Assembly (NCBI GenBank): GCA_020137815.1
Contig: CM035351.1
Coordinates: forward strand, 682,001-746,000
From: Hormiphora californensis
Taxonomy: Eukaryota > Animalia > Ctenophora
Direction: 5' to 3'
DNA length: 64,000 bases
The notes beneath the pieces were generated by a model, which saw only the letters and a list, made by a program, of their open reading frames with translations, was not told where the DNA came from and ran no database searches. Both the position numbers and the translations under genes were made by a program. This document shows positions 1 to 18,243 of the stretch, in pieces. Numbering within the stretch: position 1 is the stretch's first letter; each line of letters begins with the position of its first letter.

Positions 1-147
1 ATTGTTCAGCACATCCAATATCCACACTGTCTCTCTCCCGACTCCCATAAAGCTGTATCAATCTCCGTGTTGTCTCTCTCTCCCAATCTAATCTCAATTC
101 TCAGTGTTGTTTCCCAAAGTCTCTCTCCCAAATCCGTCTCCTATCTC

Positions 148-981
148 TCAGTGTTGTCGCAGTAAGACTGAGTCCTTGTAGTAGTTGGGATCGCCCAGCC
201 GCAATGTCGTTCTCTTGTAGAAGAAATAGTAGAGGACCGATCCTGGTGAGAAGAGAACATAGGAGTTAAACAAAGTTGGTTTACTTGGAGAATCTTTTCA
301 AACCGTAACGGGGGGGATTATGTGTGTGTACTGTGTGCAATACCTGCTCGTTGACAGACGTAAAGAATTAGGAATCCATCCTTTCCCTCATCCCAAATGT
401 AGTAGTTCTCATCTTTACCCCATCTCAGTTTCTGGAGTGTAATGTTAAATAAATAATTGTTAATAACAATAAACAATCAAACAAAGATAATTCTTCATTT
501 GTCTGAAAACTCATCAAATAGTTCACACTTTCACAAAATCAATGAGTTACTTACCATTGCCCATACGTGGAGACCGAGACATAGTGCCAGGTAGATGATG
601 GTGACCACTAATGGTTAGCAATAAACTTTCTTATTAGGATGGAGACAAATCCTGCCTTGAAAACGTAGGTATTGAAGAACACAAGGAAGAGGATGATAAG
701 GGCGAGTACTAGACACACATCTTGGACACTGGAGAAGGAAGGGAGTTAGTGATTCGAGGGTTGGGATTATTGACTTGGAGAACTGGGATATGTTATGAAG
801 AGTAAATCAAAAAAGTGTCATGTTTGGGTTGAATAAAGTAGGTGAACCAACTTACATGTAAAGAACAAGTAGAATGAGGACATCACTCCTGAAGTGTTCT
901 GATGCCGTGTTCAGTGTTATATCAATTAGAAGGAGAAACAGTTGTAAACCCTGCAATAACTCCATACTGTGCTACCTTCAT
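148..981 (-). CDS. TMEM138: Transmembrane protein 138 (ciliary), 4 exons (~981-856, ~728-556, ~431-344, ~242-148), with apparent indels in exons 1 and 2
   Basis: Manual splicing gives [30 protein letters not shown]...[35 protein letters not shown]...[31 protein letters not shown]...[20 protein letters not shown]. This matches the TMEM138 motifs FFNTFVFQAG, LHVW.MNLRW and YKRTAVRLGDP. Introns are GT-AG. Confidence 0.9.
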
Positions 982-1100
982 ATCCTACTAAAGATAACAA
1001 TTGGGATGTGATGTAGTTTTAGATAAATACACAAACTAAAAGAAAATGTTTTTCGAAGTAGCATTATCAATAAAAGAATAAAATAATAAAACACAACAAT

Positions 1101-2484
1101 TCACTTTCTCACTTTCCCCTTTTTGACTCCTTGTGAAACACTCTTCTTTGCACTAGGAGCTGGCACACACTCTGACACAATCTCCTGCAACCTCCCATTC
1201 TCATGAACAATGGCTAGAAAATCAAACAGGAACTTATCATAATTATGGCTCCTATGTTCATGGTCCGATATGAATCTCCTCCTTTTCTCCTTCGCTTCCT
1301 TTAGTAACTCCATGGTAACTATGAACTCTCTCTCAATCCTCTGCAGTTCGAGGGCAACTTCATCTCTATCATTAGGTTAGTTTTCAGAGTGGCCAACTCG
1401 TACACAGAGGAGGATGCAAGGGAGTCAGGAGGGAGGGATTTAATTGATGGCAGCATGATTGGTTTGCTTCTCGGTCTCTTTCTAGTATCCCTTGCTCCCT
1501 CTCCCTCCTCAATATTTGACATACTAGAGGCAGTCATCATCAGCCAGACTTTCCTCAGGTCTGTCTAGATTCGTGGTGGGCCCATAGGGGATCATCTGCG
1601 AAGAAGTGGGGTGGAACCTCGTGTTTTACTAGGTCGTCCAGATCAGGTAATGGAAGAACAGAGATATCTGATATAACCTTCTTCTCCTTACATATTGAGT
1701 ACAGTCGATGAAGGGCCGCTGCTCGATGGTCAACAAGTACAGTTAGTTTCCGTTTAGCAGAATCTATCTCATCCCGAACAACAGCCATCAAATTAAACCG
1801 GATATCTTGATAGGGCGCTCCACTGGTCATACCCAGCCTCTCAGCGATGATTCTCCTAAAGTGGTCAGTCCACTGTTCCCCCTCCTTCCAGGGGCCATGG
1901 TCAATGGGGAAGGGTTTCAAACCATCCAATTCAAATAGTCTCCCATTAATCGGAACATAACTAACATAGTGAAATGTTTCCATGGCAGTCCGTCCACATG
2001 TTATTCCATCCCCTTTGTTAGGTTTCTCAGGTAGTTTGTGGCGCTCGGGTTTAGCGTAACTATTGTGAATATGAGCCAGTTTGGGCAGATTGCCAATAAC
2101 ATACCCCTTTGATTCTGGGTCCATCCCCTCGGTAAAATTCTTGATGCTCTTCAGTGTTGGACCAATGTGGACTCCCTGGCAGTTTAATAAAATACTGAGG
2201 AGGGCATGAGTTGCACAGGAGTTGTGGATGGACTGGTGGGCAAAGAATATTTCATTAACAATCGCTGGGTCTTCAACAAAGTTTTCATCACCAGGTTTCC
2301 TTCGTGCTCTCCTTTCTTCAATCCATTTAAACAGGAATATAAAACCGTAAACACGACCCTTAATTTCCTTACTGATATCATAAACCTCGTCAACTTGGAC
2401 GCCCTCAGCACCAATCTCATGAAGTAGGAGCGTGAACAAACCAGGATCACTCTCAAGCTCAAACCACGACCCAGTTTTTGACAT
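1101..2484 (-). CDS. BAP1: BAP1/Calypso ubiquitin C-terminal hydrolase (peptidase C12 domain plus C-terminal ULD); CDS has no introns but shifts frame at ~1555 and ~1380
   Basis: Motifs [56 protein letters not shown] (catalytic Cys) and [20 protein letters not shown] (His/Asp). The C-terminal [30 protein letters not shown] is the ULD. Likely 42-nt 5'UTR intron at 2512-2553. Confidence 0.93.
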
Positions 2485-3047
2485 ATCTACGGAATGTTTT
2501 ATTTTCAATTCCTGTTGTAGAAGCTAGATATGGGTAATGAGGGCTGATCTCACCTACATAAGGCCTAAGGGACAAGGGCTTATTCTGAAATTCAGCCACT
2601 CGAGAAGAAAATTAAAAACGGCTCGCTAAAAATTCGAATTTGAGAAGTTAAGTTTGGCTCCGCGCGCGGCGCAAATTCAATATGTCTCAACACAAGTTTT
2701 ATGTAACGCGCGATAATTAATACGGTCACGCTGCAAGCATATTTTGAAAATTCTGGGCTGGAAGTTTTTTGTTTTTTTGTTGGTTTGCTTTTTGTAAAAT
2801 CCAGACGGGGCCTAGAAAAGCACTGCCTTATCCCGCGCTAGGGTCAGTAGCGTTTGCCAAGACGGGCCTTACTAGTGCACTACCAGAAATAATCATCTTA
2901 GTTGCGTGTTAATCATATTAGAATGCAGCAATACACCAGGGGCCGAAGAAAAAAATCTGATACCTCTTTCTCCCATTTTGCAATTTTTCCCAAGATTGTA
3001 GCCCCCTACTCCACTCCAGACACAGTTTTTCAGGCACACTAGATCAA

Positions 3048-3262
3048 ACTGATAAACGCAGATTCGCGGGTAAATGTTTCAAATTCGCAATCTGTTATCC
3101 GCGTATCTCATATCCGCGATCGAGGAAATCAATTGCAGGTAGGTGGAATCCACAGTGTCGATGCCAATCTGTGCTTCTAGTATACCAACCGTGGATACGA
3201 AGATAACTAATCACGGATTCGAAATAATTATCGACGATCCGCGAATCTGCGTCTATCAATTT
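3048..3262. mobile_element. Small inverted-repeat element (MITE-like)
   Basis: Imperfect terminal inverted repeats: aactgataaacgcagattcgcgg ... ccgcgaatctgcgtctatcaatt. Confidence 0.5.
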
Positions 3263-4171
3263 CAGCTACTATGGATGACTAGAAGAATTCTTAGAAAACT
3301 GAGAGCCATTATAACTGCAATATTTGAAACACCACCGTTCAGATTACAGTGATTATCATTGTTATGAGAGTTTTTGATATTAGTTTAACTTTCAAACAAG
3401 ATGCTCATAATTACTAGAAATTAGCCTCATTTTACATTATAAACAGTATGTATGATAACTCTTAGCAGCTTTATAATAATGCCCCCAGTGTAGCTCTTTC
3501 TTGCTGTTCCATCTGATTTCCATGAGGGAAGTGGTGGCCGATATAGCTGTCTTGTGTGCTGTTATAAAGATATATGGTCTGATTGTGTGTCTGATTGTGT
3601 GGCATTTCAGACTCATTTACTGACAATTACCACACCTGATTATCATTTCTTGGTAGTACTCTGCTTTTTAGATGATACCATTCATGGCAGCTTGTAAAAC
3701 ATTAAAAACATTATACCAATAGTTCTTGTGCCGTACAATTTCAGAGCTGCCGATATATTCTCTCTACCTCCCCCCATTATCCACCCATTACCAGTTCCGC
3801 CCAGCTCTACTACATCATGATAGTTAGCAACAAGTTCTAGTTTCAACTCTTTATACTACTTTCAACTACGCCTTCTTCCAACTTCTTCTTTCTTTCACTC
3901 GTCTTCTTTCTTTCTTTCTAGTTTCTTCATACACTTTCTCTAATCACCATCATTCATACCACTCCCTATCGTGCAGTTTCTATTTCTTCCAGCCTCTCTC
4001 ATCATGTCTAGACCCCGCCAAATGTAAAGCCCTTTTGACTTCACGGGGGAATGTACCCACATCTTTACTTCGAGCAACATATAATGTTTGTAATGAGTAT
4101 CGTAGCTTAACTACTAGCCAGGTAAAAAGACTTTATCACATCACGTGGACTCGTAACATGACTGTTATAAG

Positions 4172-4258
4172 TAGTAACCGACCGAATACTGGTCCCTGAT
4201 TGGCTGATAACCAGTCACGTGACCTAAATAACGAGTTCTGATTGGTTGTTTACTTAAT
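4172..4258. mobile_element. Short 'CCAATCAG/GTCACGTGAC' interspersed repeat flanked by a 21-bp direct duplication
   Basis: tcgtaacatgactgttataag occurs at 4151-4171 and 4259-4279. The enclosed sequence recurs at 16710-16782, 17037-17116 and 26461-26546, and degenerately at ~63410-63457. Confidence 0.85.
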
Positions 4259-5660
4259 TCGTAACATGACTGTTATAAGGAGCTGCTTAATAGCCGCATT
4301 AAAGAAGTCTGAGCCATTGTCTGGGGGGCCCGGGCCTTCGCCCTCATGTGCACTGGACATCTCGACAACACGCAGTTGCCCCCCTATTGTACTGGTGGGA
4401 GGCATCCCTTACAAAACCCCCAACCCAACAAAACGCCCGCCCCCGGTGCACGACGACGGGCCGGCCCCTCGGATCTCCTCTCTATCTCTCCAATCTTTTC
4501 CCCTTCTCTCTCTCTCCTCTTTCTCTCGCATCTTCATCTCTCTCTCTCTCTTTCCCCTTTTCTCTCCTTTCATTAAACCCAATAGGGGTAGCAGCGCCAC
4601 AACAGGTCCTTACACCGTTCACTCGTGATCACGGGCTCGCCTCCATCAAATTTGACCATAATTACGAGGGGGGGCTAATGCCTTGCAATCATTTTCGATT
4701 TTGCAGTTGTGATTATCTCTTGTCATCTTGTCAGCATTCAATGATAATAATTCCGTTTGCTTTTAGTGCCGAAGCTCAGCTTCATAATAACAGATTAATT
4801 TATCGGCGAAAGAGAGGAAGGAGAATCGGAAATTCGGAGAATTTGTGAATTTTCTTGACTTTTTTATTATTATTCAGAGACGTTTTAAAAAATTTGTCTC
4901 CTTAATCCTTCCCCCTTAAAAAAAATTTTTTTTTTTTTTTTCCCTTTTTTTCCCCCCCCCTTTTTTTTTTTTCCCCCCCCTTTTTTTTTTCCCCCCCCCT
5001 TTTTTTTCCCTTTTTCCCCCCCCTTTTAAAAATTTTTGGGTTTTTTTTGGGGGGGGGGCCCCCCCCCCTTTTTTTCCCCCCCCCCCGGGGCCCCCCCTTT
5101 TTTTGGGGGCCCCCCTTTTTTTCCCCCCCCCCTTTCCCCCCCGGGGGGGGGGGCCCCCGGGGGGGGGCCCCCCCCGGGGGGGGGGGGCCCCCCGGGGGTA
5201 AAAAAAAAGGGGGGGGGCTTCTTTTTTTTTCCCCCCCCCCCTTTTTTTCTTGTTCCCAAAAAAAGGGGGAAAAAAATTTAAACCCCCCAAAAAAAACCGG
5301 GCCCTTTCCCCGGGGGGGCCCCAAAAAATTTTAAATTTTCCAAAAGGGGGGGGGGGGGGGGCCCCCAAATTTTTCCCTTTTGGGGGGTTTTTTTCCCCCG
5401 GGTTTTTAAAAAATTTTTTTGAAATTTTTTTCCCCCCAAAAAAAAAATTTTTTTTGGGGAAAAAATAGGAAAGGAGAATCAGGAAACCCCAGAGAAATTT
5501 AAAAATTTTTAGACTTTTTAAATTTTTTTAATTTATTTTGAAACGGTTTTTTTTGGGTTCCCACCCCCTCTACTTTTTACCCTTTAGAAAGAGCAAATTC
5601 ATTTTCAATTTCGGGTAGAAAGATAAAGAGAAGATCCTGATAACAAGATGTGATGATGTC

Positions 5661-11806
<6,146 letters not shown>

Positions 11807-12806
11807 TTAGATACTTAGTTGAGAGTGAGAGATAATAAGGGAGTCTAGTGAGAGAGAGAGATAGAAAGACAGATAGAGACTTAAAATTGAAAAACAATTT
11901 TTGAAGCAACTGGGTTGTTGGTCGTTGCGTTTTTTTCTGGTGATGACATGATAGTGGCATTCTGAATATGTTTTATGATACATAACTATTATTATTATTA
12001 TTATTATGGCAACCATTTTACGACAATATGATGATTATGAAAAGTGTTATTTGATTATCAGTCCAATGGATCACAATCAAATCTCCCTAATTATCTATTT
12101 ACATTCCAAGGAATTAGGAGAACGGAGAACAAATCGCAGTGGCATATTATTCGCATGAAATTAAATATTCCTATTTGTAGAATACAAAAGGATTCCTCAA
12201 AATCCTTCCACAGAATAGGACAAGAAAAGTACTTGAGTCAACATTGATAATTGATATATAACCCGTCTAAAACAATGCCTTCAGGCTTCTGCAACAATTC
12301 TCCTTCTCTGTCAATGTCTCTTTGTTCAAACCATTTCGGTATAAACAGGGTCGGGATGACAAAATTGACTGACACTTTCAATCAATCAACCAGCGGCCGG
12401 TGAATCGTCCCGATTCACCAGATTCACCCTTATTGAAGTAGCGCGCGGTGACAAAAGTGTAGATAAGTGCGCGCAACATGAGCTCTCAACAAACCATGCT
12501 TCATTCATCGTGCAGTTCCTGTCTCAGACTGGCGCCAGACCCCGATTTGATTCTCAATCTCAGATGGGGTCCACGACGCCAGACAGTTTCGGCTCCGTCT
12601 CGACGATCGCCGAGCCCAATATCTTGAAGGCCGACTGTTACACCTTTAACCCGCGTTTCACAAAACCCCTTCCAAACCAAAACAGCGATATAACGGTAGG
12701 GAACAAATTATACAACCACATTGACAAAAACACCGCATTTCTTCAAAATCTGATACATCGTTCTGAACATAGGCTACACAGTACACATGCTCTTCATGCT
12801 TTGAGT

Positions 12807-15800
12807 CTAGCGTTTCTTTCCCTTCAGCTTGGAAAACCGACTGGCCGGATTATAGCTCATATCCTGGAACTTACTGGCTGGCTTAGCCGCCGCGTTTATG
12901 TGTCCGTCTACACGATTTGGAATGTTCAGTCCTGTATTTCCCGCAAAGTTATTGTTCTGAGGTGCAAACTGTTGCTGTTGCTGATAACCCTGCTGCTGAC
13001 CATTATTAAACTGTTGCTGGTACTGTCCCTGATTGTTTTGGAACTGATTGTTGTTGTTATACTGTTGCTGATTAAACTGTTGCTGGTTTTGGTTGAAAGG
13101 TTGCTGTTGGTTGAATTGCTGGTTGATATTTTGCGGTTGTCCCTCCTCTTGATGATACTGATCACTAATCTTCTGTAGTTCCCTATCATAAGAGTACTCC
13201 AGCTTCTCGACAAAGGCTTGCAATGCAGCATGGAAATAGGCCTTCCCTTGTCCCTTAGAGTAAAAACCGTTCTTCTGTCCCGGCAGAGCGTGAATCTAGG
13301 AGGGAATGGAATAGGGTTACTGCCGAGTTAGTACACAACGAGAAATAGTACACAACCAGAAATTACAAACCCACCCTCAGAAGTAAGCTAAACACAGTTT
13401 CTGAAATCTATCGGGGGGTGCGACATGTTAATTTTGTTAACTTTGTTAATATTAACATCGAGAAAACAGGTGATTTATTAACAAAATTAACAAAAAGTTA
13501 ACAAACGTTAACAAATGCCATTTATGCCATCTAAATCACCTTTAGCGCCTGTTTTTGGTATTTAACACTTTAGGCCAGTCATATGACGTCGATATATCGC
13601 TGAAAAAGGAAGTAATTGATCTAAAAGCAATTCCACTTCCAGGGCACTCCAATGGGTCTCTACAACCACCAAAAAAATTTACCGCGGGTACCGCGATGGA
13701 GAAATCGGTCATTTCCGGGTTTATTTTGCACCTGCATAAATATAGCCTAGGACAAATGCGATATACGGTAAAAACCGTCTTTGGAAACAAGTAGAAAAGA
13801 AATCAAGGGCACTAAAGTGTGTAGCGTCCTCGCATTAGTGGGGGTAGGTGCTGGAATTAAGTCTCTATCTTATCAGGTTAATTAGATAATTGGATAATTA
13901 GATGTGCACATAGCCGTTTTATGGTTATACGGTAAAAACCATCTTTGGAATGGAGTAGAGAAAAAACCGAGGGTACTAGAGTGATCAGCGTCCTCGAATT
14001 AGTGGGGGTAGGTACCAAAATTAAGTTCCTATCTCATCGCGTTAATTAGATAATTGGATAATTAGGTATGCGCATAACCGTTTTTAGGTTACATGGCTAT
14101 AGCCACTTAGGAATGGTTTAGAGACTTGTCATTGGTGCCATTTTGTAGGCAATAGCCAAGTTATTGGGGGTCGACGTCGGACTTTTAAGCTCTATATTCA
14201 ACCGTTCAGCCGTTATTTGGCTTTAAAGGTGCTCAAAGTGAGCAACAAAGCGGTAAAAAGACCGATTTTGAGCACCTTTAAAGCCATATAACGGCTAAAT
14301 GGTTGAATATAGAGCTTAAAAGTCCGACGTCGACCCCCCATAACTTGGCTATTGCCTACAAAATGGCACCAATGAAAAGTCTCTAAACCATTCCTAAGTG
14401 GTTATAGCCATGTAACCTAAAAACGGTTATGCACATACCTAATTATCCAATTATCTAATTAACGCGATGAGATTTTTTGGTACCTACCCCCACTAATTCG
14501 AGGACGCTGATCACTCTAGTATCCTCGGTTTTTTCTCTACTCCATTCCAAAGATGGTTTTTACCGTATAACCATAAAACGGCTATGTGCACATCTAATTA
14601 TCCAATTATCTAATTAACCTGATAAGATAGAGACTTAATTCCAGCACCTACCCCCACTAATGCGAGGACGCTACACACTTTAGTGCCCTTGATTTCTTTT
14701 CTACTTGTTTCCAAAGACGGTTTTTACCGTATATCGCATTTGTCCTAGGCTATATTTATGCAGGTGCAAAATAAACCCGGAAATGACCGATTTCTCCATC
14801 GCGGTACCCGCGGTAAATTTTTTTGGTGGTTGTAGAGACCCATTGGAGTGCCCTGGAAGTGGAATCGCTTTTAGATCAATTAGTTCCATTTCACAACGTC
14901 ATATGACTGGCCTACTTGTTCTGCGAGCAAAGTTGTTCCTTTTGCACGATTTGCACACTCCTAGTACTAACCTCTACTACGGCTTTTCTACAGCGATTTG
15001 TTCCATTGTGTAAATTTTAATAAAAACTAGCCAAACTAAACCGCAATTGAAGTCAATTGACCCTAATCCACCTTTTTTAAACCCTAAAAACTAATTTAGA
15101 CTCATGAATTTACCATAAAACAAAAATATCCCAAAAATCAATTTTTCTAAAAAAACACAAGGATTTGTAGCGAAGCAAATTTTCAATTTTTGATCAAAAG
15201 ATTGATTTTGGAAATATTTTGTTTCTTTTTCCGACAGAAACGTTGTACATCATCTTCTTTTGTTCAAAGAATCGATTATCGATGAAAAAATCACGTTAAA
15301 GTGAGATTTTATACGCTAAATTGAAATATTTGTAACTTTTGGATTTTATCGATTTTGAGCCAAAAAACATGTATGTCGGACTTTGGTTATCGGAAGAGGC
15401 CTTTTTTGGGTATATATGTGTTAGAATAGTCATTAAACTATAAAATTAAACCAGTTAAAGTCGTATTATCAACCAATGAGAACAGTGTTGCTGATTTGTT
15501 AACTTTGTTAATTTTGTTAATTAACGTTAATTAACAAAATCGAAAAAAAGAGGTGATTTATTAACAATTAACATGTCGTCCCCCCCAATCTATCAGTAAT
15601 TGTTATACAAATTAACATGACCACCTCAGTATCACAATCCACAGTAAACCCAATCTGAGAACTCCATCGCACCAACCTCTGATCGGGGTATTTTCTCCAG
15701 TATATTCGTCATATCATAGTTCACATACATATCCTTCTGCCCGTTCACAACCACAGTCCTTGTTGCACTGGGGTAGCCTGCCTTGGTGACATCCACAAAC

Positions 15801-16572
15801 TGGGGAAACGAGATTTGTTAAACACTTTCTACTAGATCGTGTTTGATACAAAAAACGAGGTCTGAAGGTCTAAAAAACGTCCGGAAAGTTCTAAAAAGTG
15901 AAGAATGTTGAATGGAACGTCCATTCTCCAAAATCAGGGTGCCGATGTAAATTGTAAAAGCCCCTCTCTGTACCTGTTTGATCTTGTCCACATCGCCCCG
16001 GGGTGATATCAAGACTGCTCCCTCTATGAAGCTGTTATTCCTACTATAGACCCCGTGTTGTAGGTAGTAGGGAAGGATCATCTCACATCCCTCCTCAACA
16101 GCAACCAGTACCAGGTTATACTCCATCTCAAACAAGGGAATGATCTGGAAGTGGGGGGGTATTGTCAATTGTGTCAAATGAAGCAGGGAATGAGGCTGGA
16201 GTGTGGAAGTGGGGGGGGGGGGGTATTAGAATTTAGGAGAGAGTGTTACAGGGGTAGTGTCGTATTGTGGTCAGTGCAGTTCAGCTGAACTTCAGGCAGG
16301 TGAGTTGGGGCAGGTCTCAGTACTGTCTCTCTTACCTCTGAGAAGAATGAGATATGATCATCTAACAAATGCAGGGGAGGATCACTCTTTCCATAACCTG
16401 GAATATCCACTGCTACAATCCTAGCCCCGTGCTCTGACATAAACTTTGCTGTGCCCAACTTTTCAAACAAATTACCTAGGGAGGAGGGGTAACATGAAGC
16501 TTAGGAAGTGTAATAACTGTGAGAAGGTATTGGCCACAGCACCAAGAAATAAACGGAAAAGTTGTAGAATCA

Positions 16573-16611
<39 letters not shown>

Positions 16612-17284
16612 ACATACTGGTAGTATATTTCCCGTGGACCAATAGAACAGTATGGTTGGCCATTGTGGTTGACTCTGTCAGGGTGTACCAGACTCTCCGT
16701 CCACCCAACCTGAGTAAACAACCAATCAGAAATCGTTATTTAGGTCACGTGACTCGTTATCAGCCAATCAGGGACCACTAACCTCAGTTCCTTATACCCC
16801 TGACTCAGTAATGCCTCCTTCTTATCCACCTTACTCCCGTCCCCTCCTCCACCAGTTGTAAGCAGTAACACACTCATCAGCAGGATAAACAGAACAAACA
16901 CAACGGAGTATGTTTTCAGACAGGATATACAAACTTTAGCCCGTTTTGCTGCTTTCTCTTCAGACATCAAGATACGAAAGCCATCCAAACCCTCATCTTC
17001 ATCTCCCATATCTTTAGCGGCGGGGACAAGACAGTCCTGAAGTAAACAACCAATCAGAACTCGATATTTAGGTCACGTGACTCGTTATCAGCCAATCAGG
17101 GAGCAGTATTTCTAACCTTAGCAGCGGGAACTAGACAAACCTGAATCCCATAATTATCAAACTCCAACTCCTCAATAACTTCCTCCTCCTGTTCCCCTTC
17201 TTCTTCAGCAGCCTGGGGGTCTGTAAGCAGGGAATCGTCCCCCGGAACCAGGGTGTACTCTGTAAAGTGTCTGGCAAGGGACAT
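12807..17284 (-). CDS. ABHD14-like alpha/beta-hydrolase fold protein with an N-terminal TM anchor and Q/N-rich tail, probably catalytically inactive; exons 17284-17117, 17036-16783, 16709-16618, 16475-16336, 16144-15974, 15799-15677, 13295-12807
   Basis: Phases give an intact ORF: TM YSVVFVLFILLMSVLLL, then TVLLVHGKYTTS, LGTAKFMSEHGARIVAVDIPGYGKS, LVLVAVEEGCEMILPY, TVVVNGQKD and IHALPGQKNGFY. These are colinear with ABHD14A/B motifs. Confidence 0.82.
13413..15586. mobile_element. Non-autonomous DNA transposon with 8-bp TSD in the last intron of the ABHD14-like gene
   Basis: TSD aatctatc at 13405-13412 and 15587-15594. TIR ggggggtgcgacatgttaatt / aattaacatgtcgtccccccc. Confidence 0.85.
13573..14912. 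mobile_element. Nested foldback element with ~660-bp inverted arms and a 29-bp spacer
   Basis: Arms ~13573-14237 and ~14267-14912 are near-identical reverse complements, as the mirrored ORFs in the track show. TA lies outside both ends. Confidence 0.85.
16710..16782 (-). mobile_element. Intron composed of the CCAATCAG/GTCACGTGAC repeat (introner-like)
   Basis: 73-nt intron gttagtggtccctgattggctgataacgagtcacgtgacctaaataacgatttctgattggttgtttactcag. Removing it restores the ORF. Confidence 0.8.
17037..17116 (-). mobile_element. Second intron composed of the same repeat (introner-like)
   Basis: 80-nt intron gttagaaatactgctccctgattggctg...gattggttgtttacttcag, flanked by duplicated coding sequence (CLVPAAK twice). 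An alternative donor exists at 17140. Confidence 0.75.
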
Positions 17285-17420
17285 TTGATATTAAAACACA
17301 CAAGGAAAAGAGAAACGGAGTGTGTGTAGGAGGGGGAGAGAAGGGTAATAGGCACACTGTCTGATGCGGTGCAGATGAATAAGATGGGGAGAGAGAGAGA
17401 GGGGGGGGGAGAGAGGGAGA

Positions 17421-17498
<78 letters not shown>

Positions 17499-17737
17499 AA
17501 ATAAAGGTGTGTACACATGGGACCCCGAGGAGAAGAAAAGAAATAAGACTTTATTTACTGGTACTTGGTAGATTACCAACTAATATTAATTAATAATTCA
17601 CAAATCATATTCACAAACAAAACATTTGAACAACAAGATAAAGAGATAGTTCAGAGAGTTCAGATGCCTCTCTCCAGAAGATGCAAAAAGAATCAGTAAA
17701 CAAGAATTATTTGCATTATTTAACCATAATGCTGAGT

Positions 17738-18174
17738 TTCCCTGCCCTAGTCAGCTCATCATTCCTGATCACTTAACTGATATGTTTGGCAAACGTTGCT
17801 GGCCCCCGATAGCGCGGGATAAGGCAGCGCTTTTCAAGTGATTTTTAAAAAAACAACAAAAAAAACGCAGAACAAATTTTCCAAATTTCAAGATGCGCGG
17901 CCGATATAAAATAAATTTTGCTGCGCGTTACAGTTTATAGCCGCGCACGCCTCATAAATTTTCAATAGTTTGTGGGCGCGCATGTTACTCCGCAAACTTC
18001 AAATCGCGTGCGCCGCACGGTTGCCCCTCGCAACGAAAGTGTGACCAAAAAATGTCCCTCTACCGATTAGTTAGTATACCAAAATGTCGTTTTCGAATTC
18101 TAACCCTGCTATGCCTTTTTACAAAGTAAAAAGGCATCCGGGTGGATGCCTTCGGCATCCACCCGGGCAGGGAA
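17738..18174. mobile_element. Probable small DNA element with short TIR and a terminal hairpin
   Basis: Ends ttccctgccc ... gggcagggaa. Hairpin ccgggtggatgcc-ttc-ggcatccacccgg at 18138-18166. An internal segment (~17787-17836) is similar to the reverse complement of ~2816-2860. Confidence 0.45.
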
Positions 18175-18243
18175 AAAATAATTGGAGTTTGTGTCCTCCT
18201 TGGCCAGCCTGAAGCCTGGAGGAGATGATAGCCAGAAAGACCA

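Noticed and set aside
1101-2484. BAP1 (and NPL4) as pseudogenes
   Set aside because: Catalytic and structural motifs are fully conserved, and similar indels occur in several unrelated genes, so sequencing error is more parsimonious.
4900-5560. G/K/P/F-rich ORFs on both strands
   Set aside because: The sequence is almost all homopolymer runs, typical of low-quality consensus. The ORFs are open only because stops are absent.
12510-13178. 222-aa Leu-rich plus-strand ORF
   Set aside because: Antisense shadow of the Q/N-rich last exon of the ABHD14-like gene.
13542-15013. Duplicated ORFs as a possible transposase or gene pair
   Set aside because: They are mirror images from the foldback arms and contain no DDE or other recognisable motif.
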